DNA of 63,041 bases, counting the filler, from Folioceros fuciformis (lineage: Eukaryota): the NCBI GenBank assembly GCA_049999805.1. It is 3 parts of 2 records of this genome, joined end to end, with 100 filler letters (N's around TTAATTAATTAA, not from the genome) between each part and the next. Parts side by side here need not be neighbours in the genome. Positions count along the whole stretch, not along the records: positions 32,014 to 57,153 come from JBNGIO010006379.1; 2 more parts are not named here. The stretch is one strand, 5' to 3'. Under the pieces are notes generated by a model that saw nothing but the letters and a program-made list of their open reading frames with translations, was not told the DNA's origin and made no database searches. Shown one piece after another: positions 45,101 to 57,253 of this stretch. The position numbers were made by a program, and so were the translations under genes. Position 1 is the stretch's first letter. Each line of letters begins with the position of its first letter.

Positions 45101-45377
45101 TAGAACCCCTGTGGAAGAGCATGGATGCCGCTCCCAGGAAATCCCATTCGCAGTGCCGATAACTCCACCTCCTCAGAATCCCTTGATCCAGGCAAGAACA
45201 AGAAAACTTCGGCAGCATGTCAGAAGAGTTGCCAAGAAGGCACGCTACACATGTTCTACTGTTACCATAGCGACACCACCGCCGTCGGTTGGGCGAACAG
45301 AAGGCTCTTCAACAAACGGAACTTATGGTGGAGCCCCATTTCGTGATCCGGCAACATCCGGTAACTTTCTTTTGTGA
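42112..45377 (+). CDS. Divergent NAC-like protein with domain in the C-terminal third; exons 42112-42329, 42574-42670, 42799-44479, 44566-45377; about 935 aa
   Basis: Spliced product reads PKLTDLDMTRLIQAY / VKEADVYSVHPAEL / QYFFS / RLRITQNGHRWKQQGRTYAIQEGGRTVAFKTYLSY / WTMEEIAL / PVLCKI, i.e. NAC A-E; phase-1 intron after subdomain B; RRKRK NLS-like motif. Confidence 0.75.
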
Positions 45378-46374
45378 TGCGTGAGGCCCTGCTGCCTACA
45401 GATGGACCAATAACGCTTTGGATGTTTGCATGTATGTCTGCGGACCTGGAGATGACATTGGCAGATGCGATCAAGAGTAGATGTTTTATTGTGCCAGGAG
45501 GAGTGGATGACAAACCGCCTTTCTAGTTGTTCTGATTCCATTAGCTTATGTTGCCAGCTCTAGTATTTCGTGTAAGGCAGCTCAGCAGATGTTTTCGGAG
45601 GCTGGCACGTTGTACTGTTTTTAACATATATTAATATTGTCTGCGCTTCGAAGTTAAGGTTGATATCGTTAGTGCTCAATACTACTACGAGCCAGCACAT
45701 AGACTTGCAGCAGAGGCAACCACGAGGAGGACTTTGGTGCCGTAGCAAAACAAACTTCTGGCGCTCCCTTCTGATAACATCGGAAGGTGTTGTTAAGGTC
45801 TGCGAGAAATTGAACTCACTTGCAGGGCATTGAATTTTCATCTATTCTGCAAGATTTCGCTGGAGATCTGGGAGCGGGAACGAAACTCTCAACTTTTACG
45901 AATCTGCGAGCAGTCTCGACTAGCGTGTCTTAGTGGGTCCAAAGCGCAAAGCTGTGTAACACCTCAAGCTTTCCGACATAGAAAATGTTACATAAACGCG
46001 TTTGTATGTATCTAAATCTCTGGAAATTCCCTTGACATGCTGGCTTACAGTGTAAGAACACCAAGAAAATTTCCAACTATGTACAGTGCTCAACTCCTTA
46101 CAACTACTGGGGCCTTGTCTCCGGTACGAAAGTGCGAGTATGCTGTTCCACCATGACCCGAGTGTGTGATGCAGGAGGAGCCTTCAAGGATGATGTGTGA
46201 TCTGAATGACCAAAGGCATGTAGATGTATGTTTCTTTGGGAGCAGATATACAGTATGCTGATATATTGGGCCCAATGCATGTATTTATTGTCATAAGTTA
46301 CATGCTGAGAATGTACAGTTGCAGAGTGTTCGGGTTCGGAGGACTAGAAATCCTGAGGCCTGCCTGTACACCGG

Positions 46375-48193
46375 TCAAAATCTGAGAGCACATATGACCG
46401 GGTACGACTCAGGCTCTTTGGCCTGCTTGAGGATCTTCCTCTCTTTGTCCGCGTCGTCCTCTAGGAAGATCTCATACATCTGATATCTGTTTTTCCTACC
46501 ATTCTTCTTAGGCTTGTTTCGACTCGATCTGCTGGCCATGTCTTCCTGTTCGCCGTCCGACTTCTGGACCCTTGAATTTGCTGCCGTCCTGGCTTGTCGA
46601 CGGCCCACGCAGTTTCGTAGTCCAAAACTGAAGTAGGTTTTGCCGTACCTTACTCCAGCATGGCGGAAGAACTTGGTTTTGCCTCGCTGCATCCACCTTC
46701 TGGCTTGGGCCGCGCATGAGCCCCTCAAGCGACCGAGTGGAGCAGACCGGCATCTTGTAATCTTCCTGCCGTTATTCACGGTGCTGTAGCTAGTGTTGAC
46801 GACGAAAAACGCGGGGCTCTTCGTCTGCCGGGAGAACTCTGCAATTCCAACACAGCAGCTGGTGCCCATCACAAACTGTAGATGTCTCACTCCGACAGAA
46901 GCAAATAAGCGAGGCATAATTGAAGACTGGCCGGCCTGTCCAGAACGCGAACTTGAAAAGCATACCGTCAAGGCGTTCTTCGGTGAAGCCATAGATATCC
47001 TCGTGGTTGAAAACGTGGGCGTCCTCCTCCACGTGATGATCCCATTCGCCGACTTTCCTCCTCCGAGCGTTGAGCAAGAACTCCACAAGCATATCGTCTG
47101 GTATGGCGTGCCAGGAGGATGGTGATATCCCTCCTGAGCTTGCCTCCGACATCTTCAACCCCTCATCCTCATCCTCATCCTCATCCTCATCTTCATCTTC
47201 ATCCTCATCCTCATCCTCATCCTCATCCTCATCCTCATCCCGATCCCGTTGAGATTCTTGTTGCACTGTATCGATGGATCCCTACATTGTCAAGTCACGG
47301 AAGGAGTGACGTGAGCATCGTAAGCAACTTCAACACAACTCACATTGTACACCCTAGGCCCTACACGCTTTACTATCTTCACTTCGCCACACGGCGCCGT
47401 GCTGCGACGTGACACATTACTGTAACAGCGATGAAATTACCGGATGCTCTGCCTTCACTTCGGTAGAGAGGTGCGATAACAGCATGGAAGTCGCTTTCGG
47501 CCTCCGGCATTTCTTATCCCTCGACTTTTTCGGCACGACCGGTTGTGGCGAGCCGGAAAAGCCATCTTCTTCAACCGGCTTGGGTCCGAGTCCGAGTTCC
47601 GACCCGGACCCGAACCCGGACCCGGACTCGAGGTCGCCGTCCTCCCCCAACACCTCCTTCATGCAAGGATTAACAATGTCCTCGACATCGAGGTTGAGCT
47701 CCTGGTCCAGGTCCAGGTCGCTCGACAACTGCTCCCATCTCTGCGGCACAGATCCCACCAGCGCTGCACCAGGGAGCTCTCCCACAGGCAACGCGCTCTC
47801 GCTACTATCGCAGCTGAAACCGGCCCAGGCCTCGTGCCCAGGCGATTCCAGCAGCCAGGAAATAATGCGAAGCATATCATGATCGTCCGCCTGTCGCTCA
47901 TCCAGAGCCGTCACTTGCGGCTCACGCTCCGGATCTTCCACAAGGCAGGAGGTGGCAAATGCGATCCCTTCCTCGTCATCGAACACCGCCTCCGCCCCCG
48001 GCACAGCGGAAAGCTCACCTGGCTGGCACTCGACCTCACACCAGCTGTAGAGGCACTCAGGTACCAGCGTCTGCACCTTAGGCAGCAGGTGCGAGTAGAA
48101 GTGAGTGGCTCCATGAGCGGAGGCCGACAGCCCCGACACAAATTGCTCCACCAGCTTGGAGCTGGCCGACGCCGCCTTCTCGTCCACCAACAT
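46375..48193 (-). CDS. Divergent NAC-like protein with acidic N-terminus and C-terminal domain; exons 48193-47441, 47281-46966, 46838-46375; about 510 aa
   Basis: IPDDMLVEFLL / HEDIYGFTEERL / AFFVV / RRWMQRGKTK / GKTYFSF / NRYQMYEIFL / PVICAL, i.e. NAC A-E; both introns GT-AG and frame-preserving. Confidence 0.7.
47161..47246 (-). repeat. (GATGAG)n coding repeat, poly-DE tract
   Basis: cctcat repeats on the plus strand, inside exon 2 of the 46375-48193 gene. Confidence 0.9.
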
Positions 48194-49271
48194 GGCTGTG
48201 CTCTAGCTCTTGATCCTCCGCTACGCAATGCGCCTCCTGCGATTGCTTTGAGCTGGTCGCGGCCCAGCCGCCGGAAGCAACGGTCATAGTCGCTGGTGGC
48301 GACTAGCCACCGGAGCGTCAAAGTACCGGCATCCGCTGCCCGCCTTGCCCTGCCCTGCCCTACGGGCTGCAGCGGAGCGGGCAGCAGTGGCGACGCAGCT
48401 CATCATGTAAGGGTCGGTACATGGGCCTATGTATGTACATACATCTGCCGCATTACGTTACTCGGACACGTGTAACAACGCCCCGTCGCCTTTGCTCTCG
48501 GCTTTCACGCTTTATTTCACGTTCGCGGAGCGTGCACCGCCGCCGCCTCACGCGCACCTTTTAACCCCCACAAATTACAATGCGTACAGTGGTATTGGCC
48601 CTCCTGTATCCCGCCTTCTAATTTTTCATTTCACGTCTCTGCGGAAATGCATTCCCACGAAAACACTACGGTCTCCCGTATGGTTCACAAGCTGGGAAAA
48701 CACACTTTATCCTGCTTATCATTTTTTCTTATGAAACCATCTTGTCCTCTCTATACCCGGAGATCTGGTCCATAGGTGCATAGAGCACTAGAGATGTTAT
48801 GCACCGATAGCTTCCTTTATGACTAACCTTGGAAAGACCAACACCATGTCATTGAGAACCAACCCCATGGACCGAACTGGAAGAAGTTCCATCACACTTG
48901 GTGCTAAGAAGCTAGAGCCAATGAAAATCTATTGGTACCCTATTGTCATGAGGCAACTGTCGTAAATAGCATAGTAAGGGGAGAAGTGTGCTTATGCGCC
49001 ATGAGCACATGTTTACTTAGAAGAAAAGCCTAGCTTTTATTCACAGGCTTACACAGTACATGCCACAGATTATGGTTATAACCTAACTAGGATCACAATA
49101 GCAAGTTATTCAGCCTGTAATTGCGGATGATTGAGCACCACCACAACCTATCCGTGACAACTGATCCCGGGGGGAAGAGGCTTCAACCTCAAAGCCAAGG
49201 AGCTATAGTGTATGATCGCAAGCACAGGCACGGAGTAGGTCAGGAGAATGGGAGAGGTTGGCAAGGGGTTC

Positions 49272-50860
49272 CTAAGAGGCATCACTAAGAGGGTAACCTT
49301 TCCACAACACTAAGAATTCATACCCACGATGAACACAACAATGGCAAAGAAGGCTTTGTACTTCGTATGCAAGCTCATCACAAGTATTGATTGGGGCTGG
49401 GACAGAAAGTGGGGAGCCATAATAAGGTTTGAGCAAAAAAACATGAAAGATAGGATGAAGGCGAGATTTGGGAGGGAGAGAGAGCTCATAGGTCACAAGG
49501 CCAATGCCACGGAGGATTCGGTGAGGACCAACAAAGCGATGGGAAATCTTATGAACCTCGAGAAGAGACAGATTCAGGCAGACAACAAGACATAGGTACT
49601 AATTGCAAATTCCTAAGGCTGATCAGATGATTGGCAGACTAGGATTGGCGGTTTTGGGTTGCATGGGTGAATTAGAAAGCTTGTTGTTGAATCTGGACAC
49701 GTTGGGTGAGGAAATCTACAGCAACAGGGACACAAGCAACAGAAGGCAAGGAAGTAGAAACTAGGGTACGAGGGTGAAAACCTTTGTTGAACTAGAATGG
49801 AGGCAAGGAAGTAGAAAATAGGGTAGGAGGGTGAAAACCTTTGTTGATCTAGAATGGAGGTAAGGAAGTAGAAAATAGGGTACGAGGGTGAAAACCTTTG
49901 TTGATCTAGAATGGAGACAAGGAAGTAGAAAATAAGGTACAAGGGTGAAAACCTTTGTTGAACTAGAATGTAGGCAAGGAAGTAAAAAATAGGGTACGAG
50001 GGTGAAAACCTTTGTTGAACTAGAATGGAGGCAAGGAAGTGGAAAATAGGGTACGAGGGTGAAAACTTTTGTTGAACTAGAATGGAGTAACTCTGGTCGA
50101 AGAATTAGGGGCATTGTTGTATGCAAATTCGATGAGGAGAAAGTCCAGCCTATGGGCTTGATGCACAACTGCATAAGCATGAAGCATATCCTCTAAAACT
50201 TGATAAGCTCTCTTCGTAGCACCATCCACCATCCGTCTGAGCATAAAAGGCCATAAACATAGAAAGCTTGGTGCCAAGACCACAATGAACTACTTGCCAA
50301 AAGCAAGATGTAAACCTACAATCACGATCACTCATAAGAGAGAGGGGGAGGCCATGGGCGCGATAAACTACTTTCAAAAATAGGTCAATAGTTTGTTCAG
50401 CAGAGCATGTCTCAATTGTGGAGGCAAAGAGCACTTAACAAGTAAGCTTATCATTAAAAACCAACAACGCAGCAAAGCCTGTTGCAATTGAGGTAACCCG
50501 GTGATGAAGTTAAGTGTGACTTGCTCCCAAGGAAATAAAGGGATAGGCGGGGCTAGAGAAAGCCAATAGTGCGTTGGTGATAAGCTTTGTTACGTTGGCA
50601 CAAGTTGCAAAGGAGAACATACTCTTGGATGTCTTGGTTAAGCTAAAGCCAAAAATAGAGTTGGCCAAGAGTGGCAACAGTACGATTTATACCCTCATGT
50701 CCTATAGATAGAACATCATGGGCTTTAGAAATCAAAGCCCATCAAATGTGGGGAACTTCAGGGATGAAGAGCTAATGCTAGTACTAAAGTAAACTATCCC
50801 GCTCAATCCAATCAAGGGAGCCAATTCGAAGGGCTTGAAAGGCAGAGTGGGCATCAGCAT
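49272..50860 (-). mobile_element. Decayed Ty3/Gypsy chromovirus integrase plus chromodomain
   Basis: HDVLSIGHEG...CNLCQRNK HHCC motif, HGLPLSLMSDRDCRFTS, EFAYNN, YELSLPPKSRLHPIFHV, FLVLWKGYPLSDAS. Confidence 0.85.
49744..50087. repeat. 57-bp tandem repeat x6 inside the integrase remnant
   Basis: aggcaaggaagtagaaa...gaactagaatgg units at 49744, 49801, 49858, 49915, 49972, 50029. Confidence 0.9.
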
Positions 50861-51789
50861 GGGTTTTGGGTTTAGGGTTAAGGGTTCAATCCAAAAAAAA
50901 TAAAAAATTGGTGCAGTTGATCAAAATCTACAAATAATGCTCAAAGACAACTAGATGAATAGTGTTGTCGAACCTCAAGGCGCTTCCGTGACTTCGGCCT
51001 CCACTCACTTGTTTGCCCAGCAAGGGCAAGGGCAAACAGTCCTTCAGTGGCTGGGGTCCCACGAGATCAGCAATTCTCTCAGCCTCCCCTACATCCAAAT
51101 GCGACCAGGTTTGGGTTAGCACAGGCTCTAGGACCCTGCTTACATAATCAGGGACGACACAAAAGGAATTCAATTAGCCACCTGCCTGCCGAGACACCAA
51201 CACCACCATCACCCTCCGATCTTGGGGATCTGAAGTTGATGCTCACAGTTCAAGAGGCTAGGAATCAGGCCCTCACAAGACAGATTCTCTCCGAAATCTC
51301 TCTGCTCAAAGCCCAAATATCCATTTTGACACAGCAATTTGGAAGCTCTAATCTGCAAGAGGGATCAGAAGTCAACGACGAGCACAGTGGTTGCCGTCAC
51401 ACCTTATTCTGAGGCCATAGCCTCGATCTCCCTGCCTCACCATCCTGCACAGGAAACGGGAGATCTCAAACGGCACCAGAGTTTTTTTGAAGCGTCGCAT
51501 GCTTGTAGGAAGGAGCTCACCGAATCATGCCGATGCCTTGCAATCGAACACGCAACCTTCTGAAGCGGTGCGAGTAGGCCGAAACGGTGCAAGCAGATCC
51601 TGCCAGCGTGTCGATCTCAGAACACACATCTGTGAGAACCTGCTCAGCCTTGCCAACCCTCCTTTGCAAGCACAGCTGGGAAATCAAAGTTCAGCAGAGC
51701 CCCGCCCTGCAACAAGCACAACCTGGAAGAACAAATTAGGCAGCCCTGCCATCTTCAGGCCTTGCCGGAACCGAGAATTGCCAGTTTAG

Positions 51790-52230
51790 AGGGGCAAAGG
51801 GCCAGGCGCAAGCGCCGGGACACTGGGTGGCGGAATTGCCCACCCACGCCCAAGGCAGCTGCACCTTATGCGGCCCATCTCCCACCCACAGCACTTTGTG
51901 GGTGGTGTAGGAGTCCATGCAGAAGCGCTCCACAAGAACATTTGCCGCTGTGAGCATCAGGTACAGGCTAGACGCATCCTACTTCAAATTTTCTCCCGCC
52001 AGGGCCTGGAAAACCAGCCTAGGCAGGTCCGCTCGCTTGAGGTTCTTCCCCAGTCACTTGCTGCCGCCTGCGCCTCTGGTGCACCACATGAGGGTGTGCC
52101 GTCGCCACGTCCATACTCGCTCACTAGCACTGGCGGTGGCACCGTAGCAGCCCCGGCCTCGCCTTCACGAAGGAGGGGAAGGAAGGCGCCCTGGAGTACT
52201 GGCGCAAGTGGCTCGCTGCAGCCAAGCACA
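51790..52230 (-). pseudogene. EXORDIUM/PHI-1 family gene fragment
   Basis: LYLMLTAANVLVERFC...PWAWVGNSATQCPGACAWPF matches PHI-1 VLTxxDVxVxxFC...YAWVGNSxxQCPGxCAWPF; upstream part has stops; truncated. Confidence 0.8.
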
Positions 52231-52499
52231 AGTCCTCGCAGATCGACTGCAAGATCCTTAGCCTGGAGCGTGCGACAAGTTTGAAGCCATCCTCCTCAAG
52301 AGAGGCCTCTCCACAGACCCTGCCGGACGGCACCCGAGATGGCGATGCCGACCGCATGAGCTCCAGCAACAACCACATGAGCTCCCTCAACCCTTAGTGC
52401 CTTTTGCCGACGCGTCCTTTGCATGTCTGCAGCCTGAACCTGCAGTTAGGTTGCTGTTTTCTCGAAGAGGAGGTTGCCATACCCTTGCTACCTAGACTC

Positions 52500-55400
52500 C
52501 ATGGCTGGCTCCCTAGGCTCCGGTGGCATCCCTAGCCATATTCTGGCAGGGGTTCTATTCGGTGGGCCAGCAACGGCCTCCTCAGGCACACCTTCAGCAT
52601 CCTCGACCTCCAAAGTGCTTGCAGCATCAACTCTCGGCGCCACATCTTCGAACCCTGCGAATACCACTTCGACCACAATTACGGCAACTACTTCTCCACA
52701 ACGCCGTTTCCCACTTTCCCCTCCTTTATGCCAGGAACAGGTTTTTCCAGTGCGCCAGGAGCGGGATTTTTCAATCCTCTTCCAAGCTATGGAGCTGGTC
52801 CCGGGAATTCTTTGCCTATGACAGGAGTTGGATTCGCCAACCCGTTGTCGAACCTTGGAGCTGGATATGGAAATCCCTTGCCTGGGCTAGGACTTGCTTA
52901 CGGGCCTCCTCCGCCTGCCTTGCCAGGATCGGGAGCAGGCTTTAATTTTCCTATACAAGCATATACACCAATTTATCAGCCATCGTATACAGTTGAGTTC
53001 AAGGAGCGGGATAGGTTCAATGGAAACAAATACCCCGTGTGGAGCGTGCGCATGCAAGCAGCACTTGATGCTAGGCACGTATGGGGCGTTGTGAGCGGAC
53101 ACTTCCAACAACCTGGAGCTACCGCAAATCAATTCAATAAGGACAGATGGGACAACGCCAACAACGTGGCTCGAGCTCTCCTAATAAGCGGCCTTGACGA
53201 GGTACTAGTTCCAGATGTTGCCTATTTAGCTAAAGCTGAGGATATATGGAACCAGCTTTCGCAGACATATGATGTGAAAAATATACTAACCTTATGTGCT
53301 GTAAGAAGTGAGCTTTTCTCTCTTCGTATGCGTGACAATGAAAAGGCAACTGTTATTGTGGGGAAGTTTAGGCACCTTAGATCACAGCTGATTTTATTAG
53401 GGTCTACTATGTCGGACTTAGATGCTGTAGCCCAACTCCTTACAAGTCTTCCTTCAAGCTATCAGCCTTTTGTCTCTAGCTGCGGAGCCTCGCTTAGAGA
53501 TGCAGGCAGAGCCGCAACTACAGGACACATAGTGCAGATTATCTTCACCGATGTTGTAGGAGCCTTGTTCCAAGAAGAGCAATCACGTAGTGGTTCTCAT
53601 TCCCATTTTGGGGGTACCAAAACAGATAAAGTCCTTTTTACCTCTAAACCTCGTTCACAACACAAGGGTAGAAACTTCTCTACACCTAGCACATCTAAGG
53701 CTGGAAACACCAAGCCAAGTCAAACCAAGAGGGTTGGAGCCTGCAACTGGTGCGGCTCTCCCGGCCATTGGGAGCGGGAGTGTCATAAAAAGAAAAATGG
53801 AGAACCTAAGAAGGCCGAGAAGACTTATAGAGGGGCTGAGGCCAACACAGTTTCCAAGGACAAGACAACACAAGGCAAACAGCCCGTTGTGATGACGACT
53901 TGCTTGTCCACATCCAAGCCTCCCAAGACACATGATGCTTGGTACTTGGATTCTGGGGCTACATCTCACATCTATAACAACAGAAGTTTGATGAGTAATT
54001 GTACTCCCGCAAATACATCTGAGAAGGTGCTGTTAGGTGACGAGCTCACCTGTTTAGGCCTAAAGATTTTGGGGAAGGGTACTTGTCATTTTCTTAAGCC
54101 AGATGGTAGCCTCATTCGGCTTGATGACGTTTTATATGTTCCTAACATGGCCAAGCACTTGTTATTTGTTAGTCAACTTATGCACATGAAGTGTTTTGAT
54201 CTAACCTTTACGCCTTTTAGCTGCTTGCTAACCACCAGGGGCCCAACGAGTTCCGTGGTGGCCAGAGGCCTTTTAGAGCATGATCTCTATAGGTTAGACC
54301 TTTCATGTGCGCCTGCTAGAAGTGCTCATGTTGCTTCACAGTCACAAGCCCACCTAGCTCAGCTTTGGCATGCTAGACTAGGACATGCTAACAAGGACAA
54401 GCTCCTTAAGATGTCTAAGTTAGAATGCTATAGAGAGCCCTTACCTAGGTGCTTTAAGGAACTTCCTTTGTGCGACTCTTGCATAGTTGCAAAGCAAAAG
54501 GAGTTACCCTTTCCTACCAATGTCGCTTTTAGGTCAGCTAACATCCTAGATCTTGTCCATGCTGATATATCTAGCAAGATACATGTTCCCTCTCTTGGTG
54601 GCTCCCTCTATTATTTAATAATAACAGATGACTTTAGCCGCTATTCTTGGACATACCCAATGAAGAGGAAATCAGAGACCTTCCAATTCTTCAAAGAATG
54701 GATCATCATGGTTCAAAGGCAAACAGGATGTTACCTCCGATGCTTGAGGGCAGATAATGGTAGTGAGTTTGTTAACTCTCCATTTAATGATTACCTTGCA
54801 GCTCAAGGGATCACACGTCAGCTAAGTATCTCATATACTCAACAACAAAATGGAGTAGCTGAGCGCTGCAACCAGACCTAGCTCAACATGACACATGCCA
54901 TGCTAGCTTGGTCAGGCCTCAGCAACGCCTACTGGGCGGAGGCAGTTGTTACTGCCACATATATCTTGAATCGACTTCCAACAATAGCTGTGCCTAATCG
55001 CACTCCTTTTGAAGTGATGTGGAAGCGGAAACCAAGTCTACTTCACCTCAGGGTATTCGGCTCACCAGCTTACGCCTATATCCATTCAGAACAGCGTAGG
55101 AAGCTCAAGGATAGGGCAAGACCTTTGGTTTTCATTGGTTATGGAGAAGAAACCAAGGCATATAAACTCTATGACCCTCCTACTCGATCGTTGATTTTTG
55201 CTCAGAGCGTCACATTCAAAGAGCTTGTCAAGCCTGTGCTTACGACTTTTGCTTTGGATTCTGAGTTCGTTACTTCTTCTCCATCGGCACCTGATTCACC
55301 TACAACTATTGACCTTGATTTTGATGACTCCCCCTCCGAGTATCCACAAGATGCTTTCTATGAACTGCCCGTGTCTTCTTCGGTAGCTGGCAGTTCAGGG

Positions 55401-56182
55401 GGTGGATTTCCAGCATCTATAGTACCATTGATACCTACGTTGCCGCCCTCCCAACCTACTATTGTTTCACCTACTAACCCTACTGATGTTGAAGAGCACG
55501 AAGCAGATCATGTTTCTGAGCCATAGCCACTTGAGTAGGACACACTTGAGCAACTTGAAGCAAATCCTCTTTCTGATAAGGATCTTGAACCAGGTGCAAA
55601 CGCTGATCAGGATGACCAAGTTCTTGACTTGACCGATGATGTTGTCAATACAGAACCAGATGGTGCTCCCATTCAAGTTGAACCTATTGTTGAGGAAAGG
55701 AGATATCCAAGCCGGTCTCGTCCATCTCGAGATAGCTGGACTTCCGGACCCTATAAGTTAGAGGACTTCCGTCTCCCACGATCTGCTAGGCTATGTGAAG
55801 CCTCCTCCACCAGCACACCTCACCCAGCAAAACCTCAAACCTACAAGGAGGCTATAAAAGGTGCACACAGACACCATTGGCTTCCATCAATTCAAGACGA
55901 GTATGACTCCTTGATGAAGAATGAAACATGGGAACTTTGCCCCTTACCTGCTGGAAGGAAAACGGTGAGCTGCAAGTGGGTGTTCAAACATAAGCTGAAC
56001 GCACAAGGGGACATAGCACGTTACAAATCACGTCTTGTTGCTCGCGGCTTCTCACAAGTAGCAGGTGTGGACTTCAACGAAACTTTCAGCCCTGTCGTAA
56101 AGACACAATCCATTAGGATGATCCTAGCCCTTGCAGCTGCTAGAGACTGGGATCTGGAGCAAATGGATATCTCAACAGCCTT
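52500..56182 (+). mobile_element. Ty1/Copia gag-pol, truncated within RT
   Basis: CNWCGSPGHWEREC knuckle, WYLDSGA, WHARLGH, QQNGVAER, KSRLVARGFSQ; stops at 54879 and 55524; no LTR identified. Confidence 0.9.
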
Positions 56183-56960
56183 AAAGTGCGAATTCCAACA
56201 AGAATGCTTGGAGTACTTGGGGCACATTATTGATGTTGAAGGCATCCGTGTAGACCTTGTTAAAATTCAGGTTATTAGGGACTGCATCCGTGTAGACCCT
56301 ACTAAAATTCAGGTTATCAGGGTTCCTTAGCAAGTATAAGATGTGTTTCTCGGTCTTGCATCATATTATCGTAAGTTTGTTTCACAATTTGCTCATATGG
56401 TTGCCAGACTTAGAATTGAGGTGGCCCTCAAGATAACGCTTTTCGAGCTATCCACATTGCTTTGGTGAGTGCTCCCGTATTGGCACAATCAAGTTGCTTA
56501 TGCAACCCAAATCCAACCTTCCCTTGGATTGTGATGACGCTTAATCCAATCCGAATCCAACCTTCCCTTCTATTGTTACAACTAATGCCTCAGATCTTGC
56601 GATTGGTGCGGTCCTTCAATAAGTCTAAGGCCAAGGCTGCCAACCAATCGCTTACTTCTCACGGAAGTTGAAGGGTGCCAAGTGGAATTGGATCACCACT
56701 AAGAAGGAGACTCTAGCTCTAGTCTTGGCTTTAAAAACATGGCATTGTTTTCTAGAGTGTGCCCCTTTTAAGCTTGAGATCATTGCCCTCTTGTTTACTT
56801 CCAAACGGAGCCCACTCTCTGTCGCAAGCAAGCTCGGAATTGCTAAAGTAGCTCAAGCCACCAGGCCCCAATTGATATTGGTATTGAATACCAATATCAA
56901 ATTCCATATGTTAAGGGTCATCATAATCAAGTTGCTAATGCATTAAGTAGAATTCAGACT
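56183..56960 (+). mobile_element. Decayed Ty3/Gypsy RT-RNase H fragment
   Basis: KCEF...YLGHII, FLGLASYYRKFV, TNASDLAIGAVL, KETLALVLALKTW. Confidence 0.8.
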
Positions 56961-57153
56961 AATGCCTTCTCCGAGTTGTTAGTTCAACCAATTGGCAAGA
57001 TAAAATTACTAGAGCTCTTACACAAGATGTCAATATTCTAGAGATACTAGAAGATGTAGACAAGAGCAAACTTGTCATAGAAAAAACAAGACAATTATTT
57101 TAAGTGATCAAAAGAGTGTCTTATATACATAAGTTGTTTAACTCTAAGTGACC

Positions 57154-57253
57154 NNNNNNNNNNNNNNNNNNNNNNNNNNNNNNNNNNNNNNNNNNNNTTA
57201 ATTAATTAANNNNNNNNNNNNNNNNNNNNNNNNNNNNNNNNNNNNNNNNNNNN
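57154..57253. other. Artificial contig linker N44-TTAATTAATTAA-N44
   Basis: Same spacer as 31914-32013. Confidence 0.95.
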
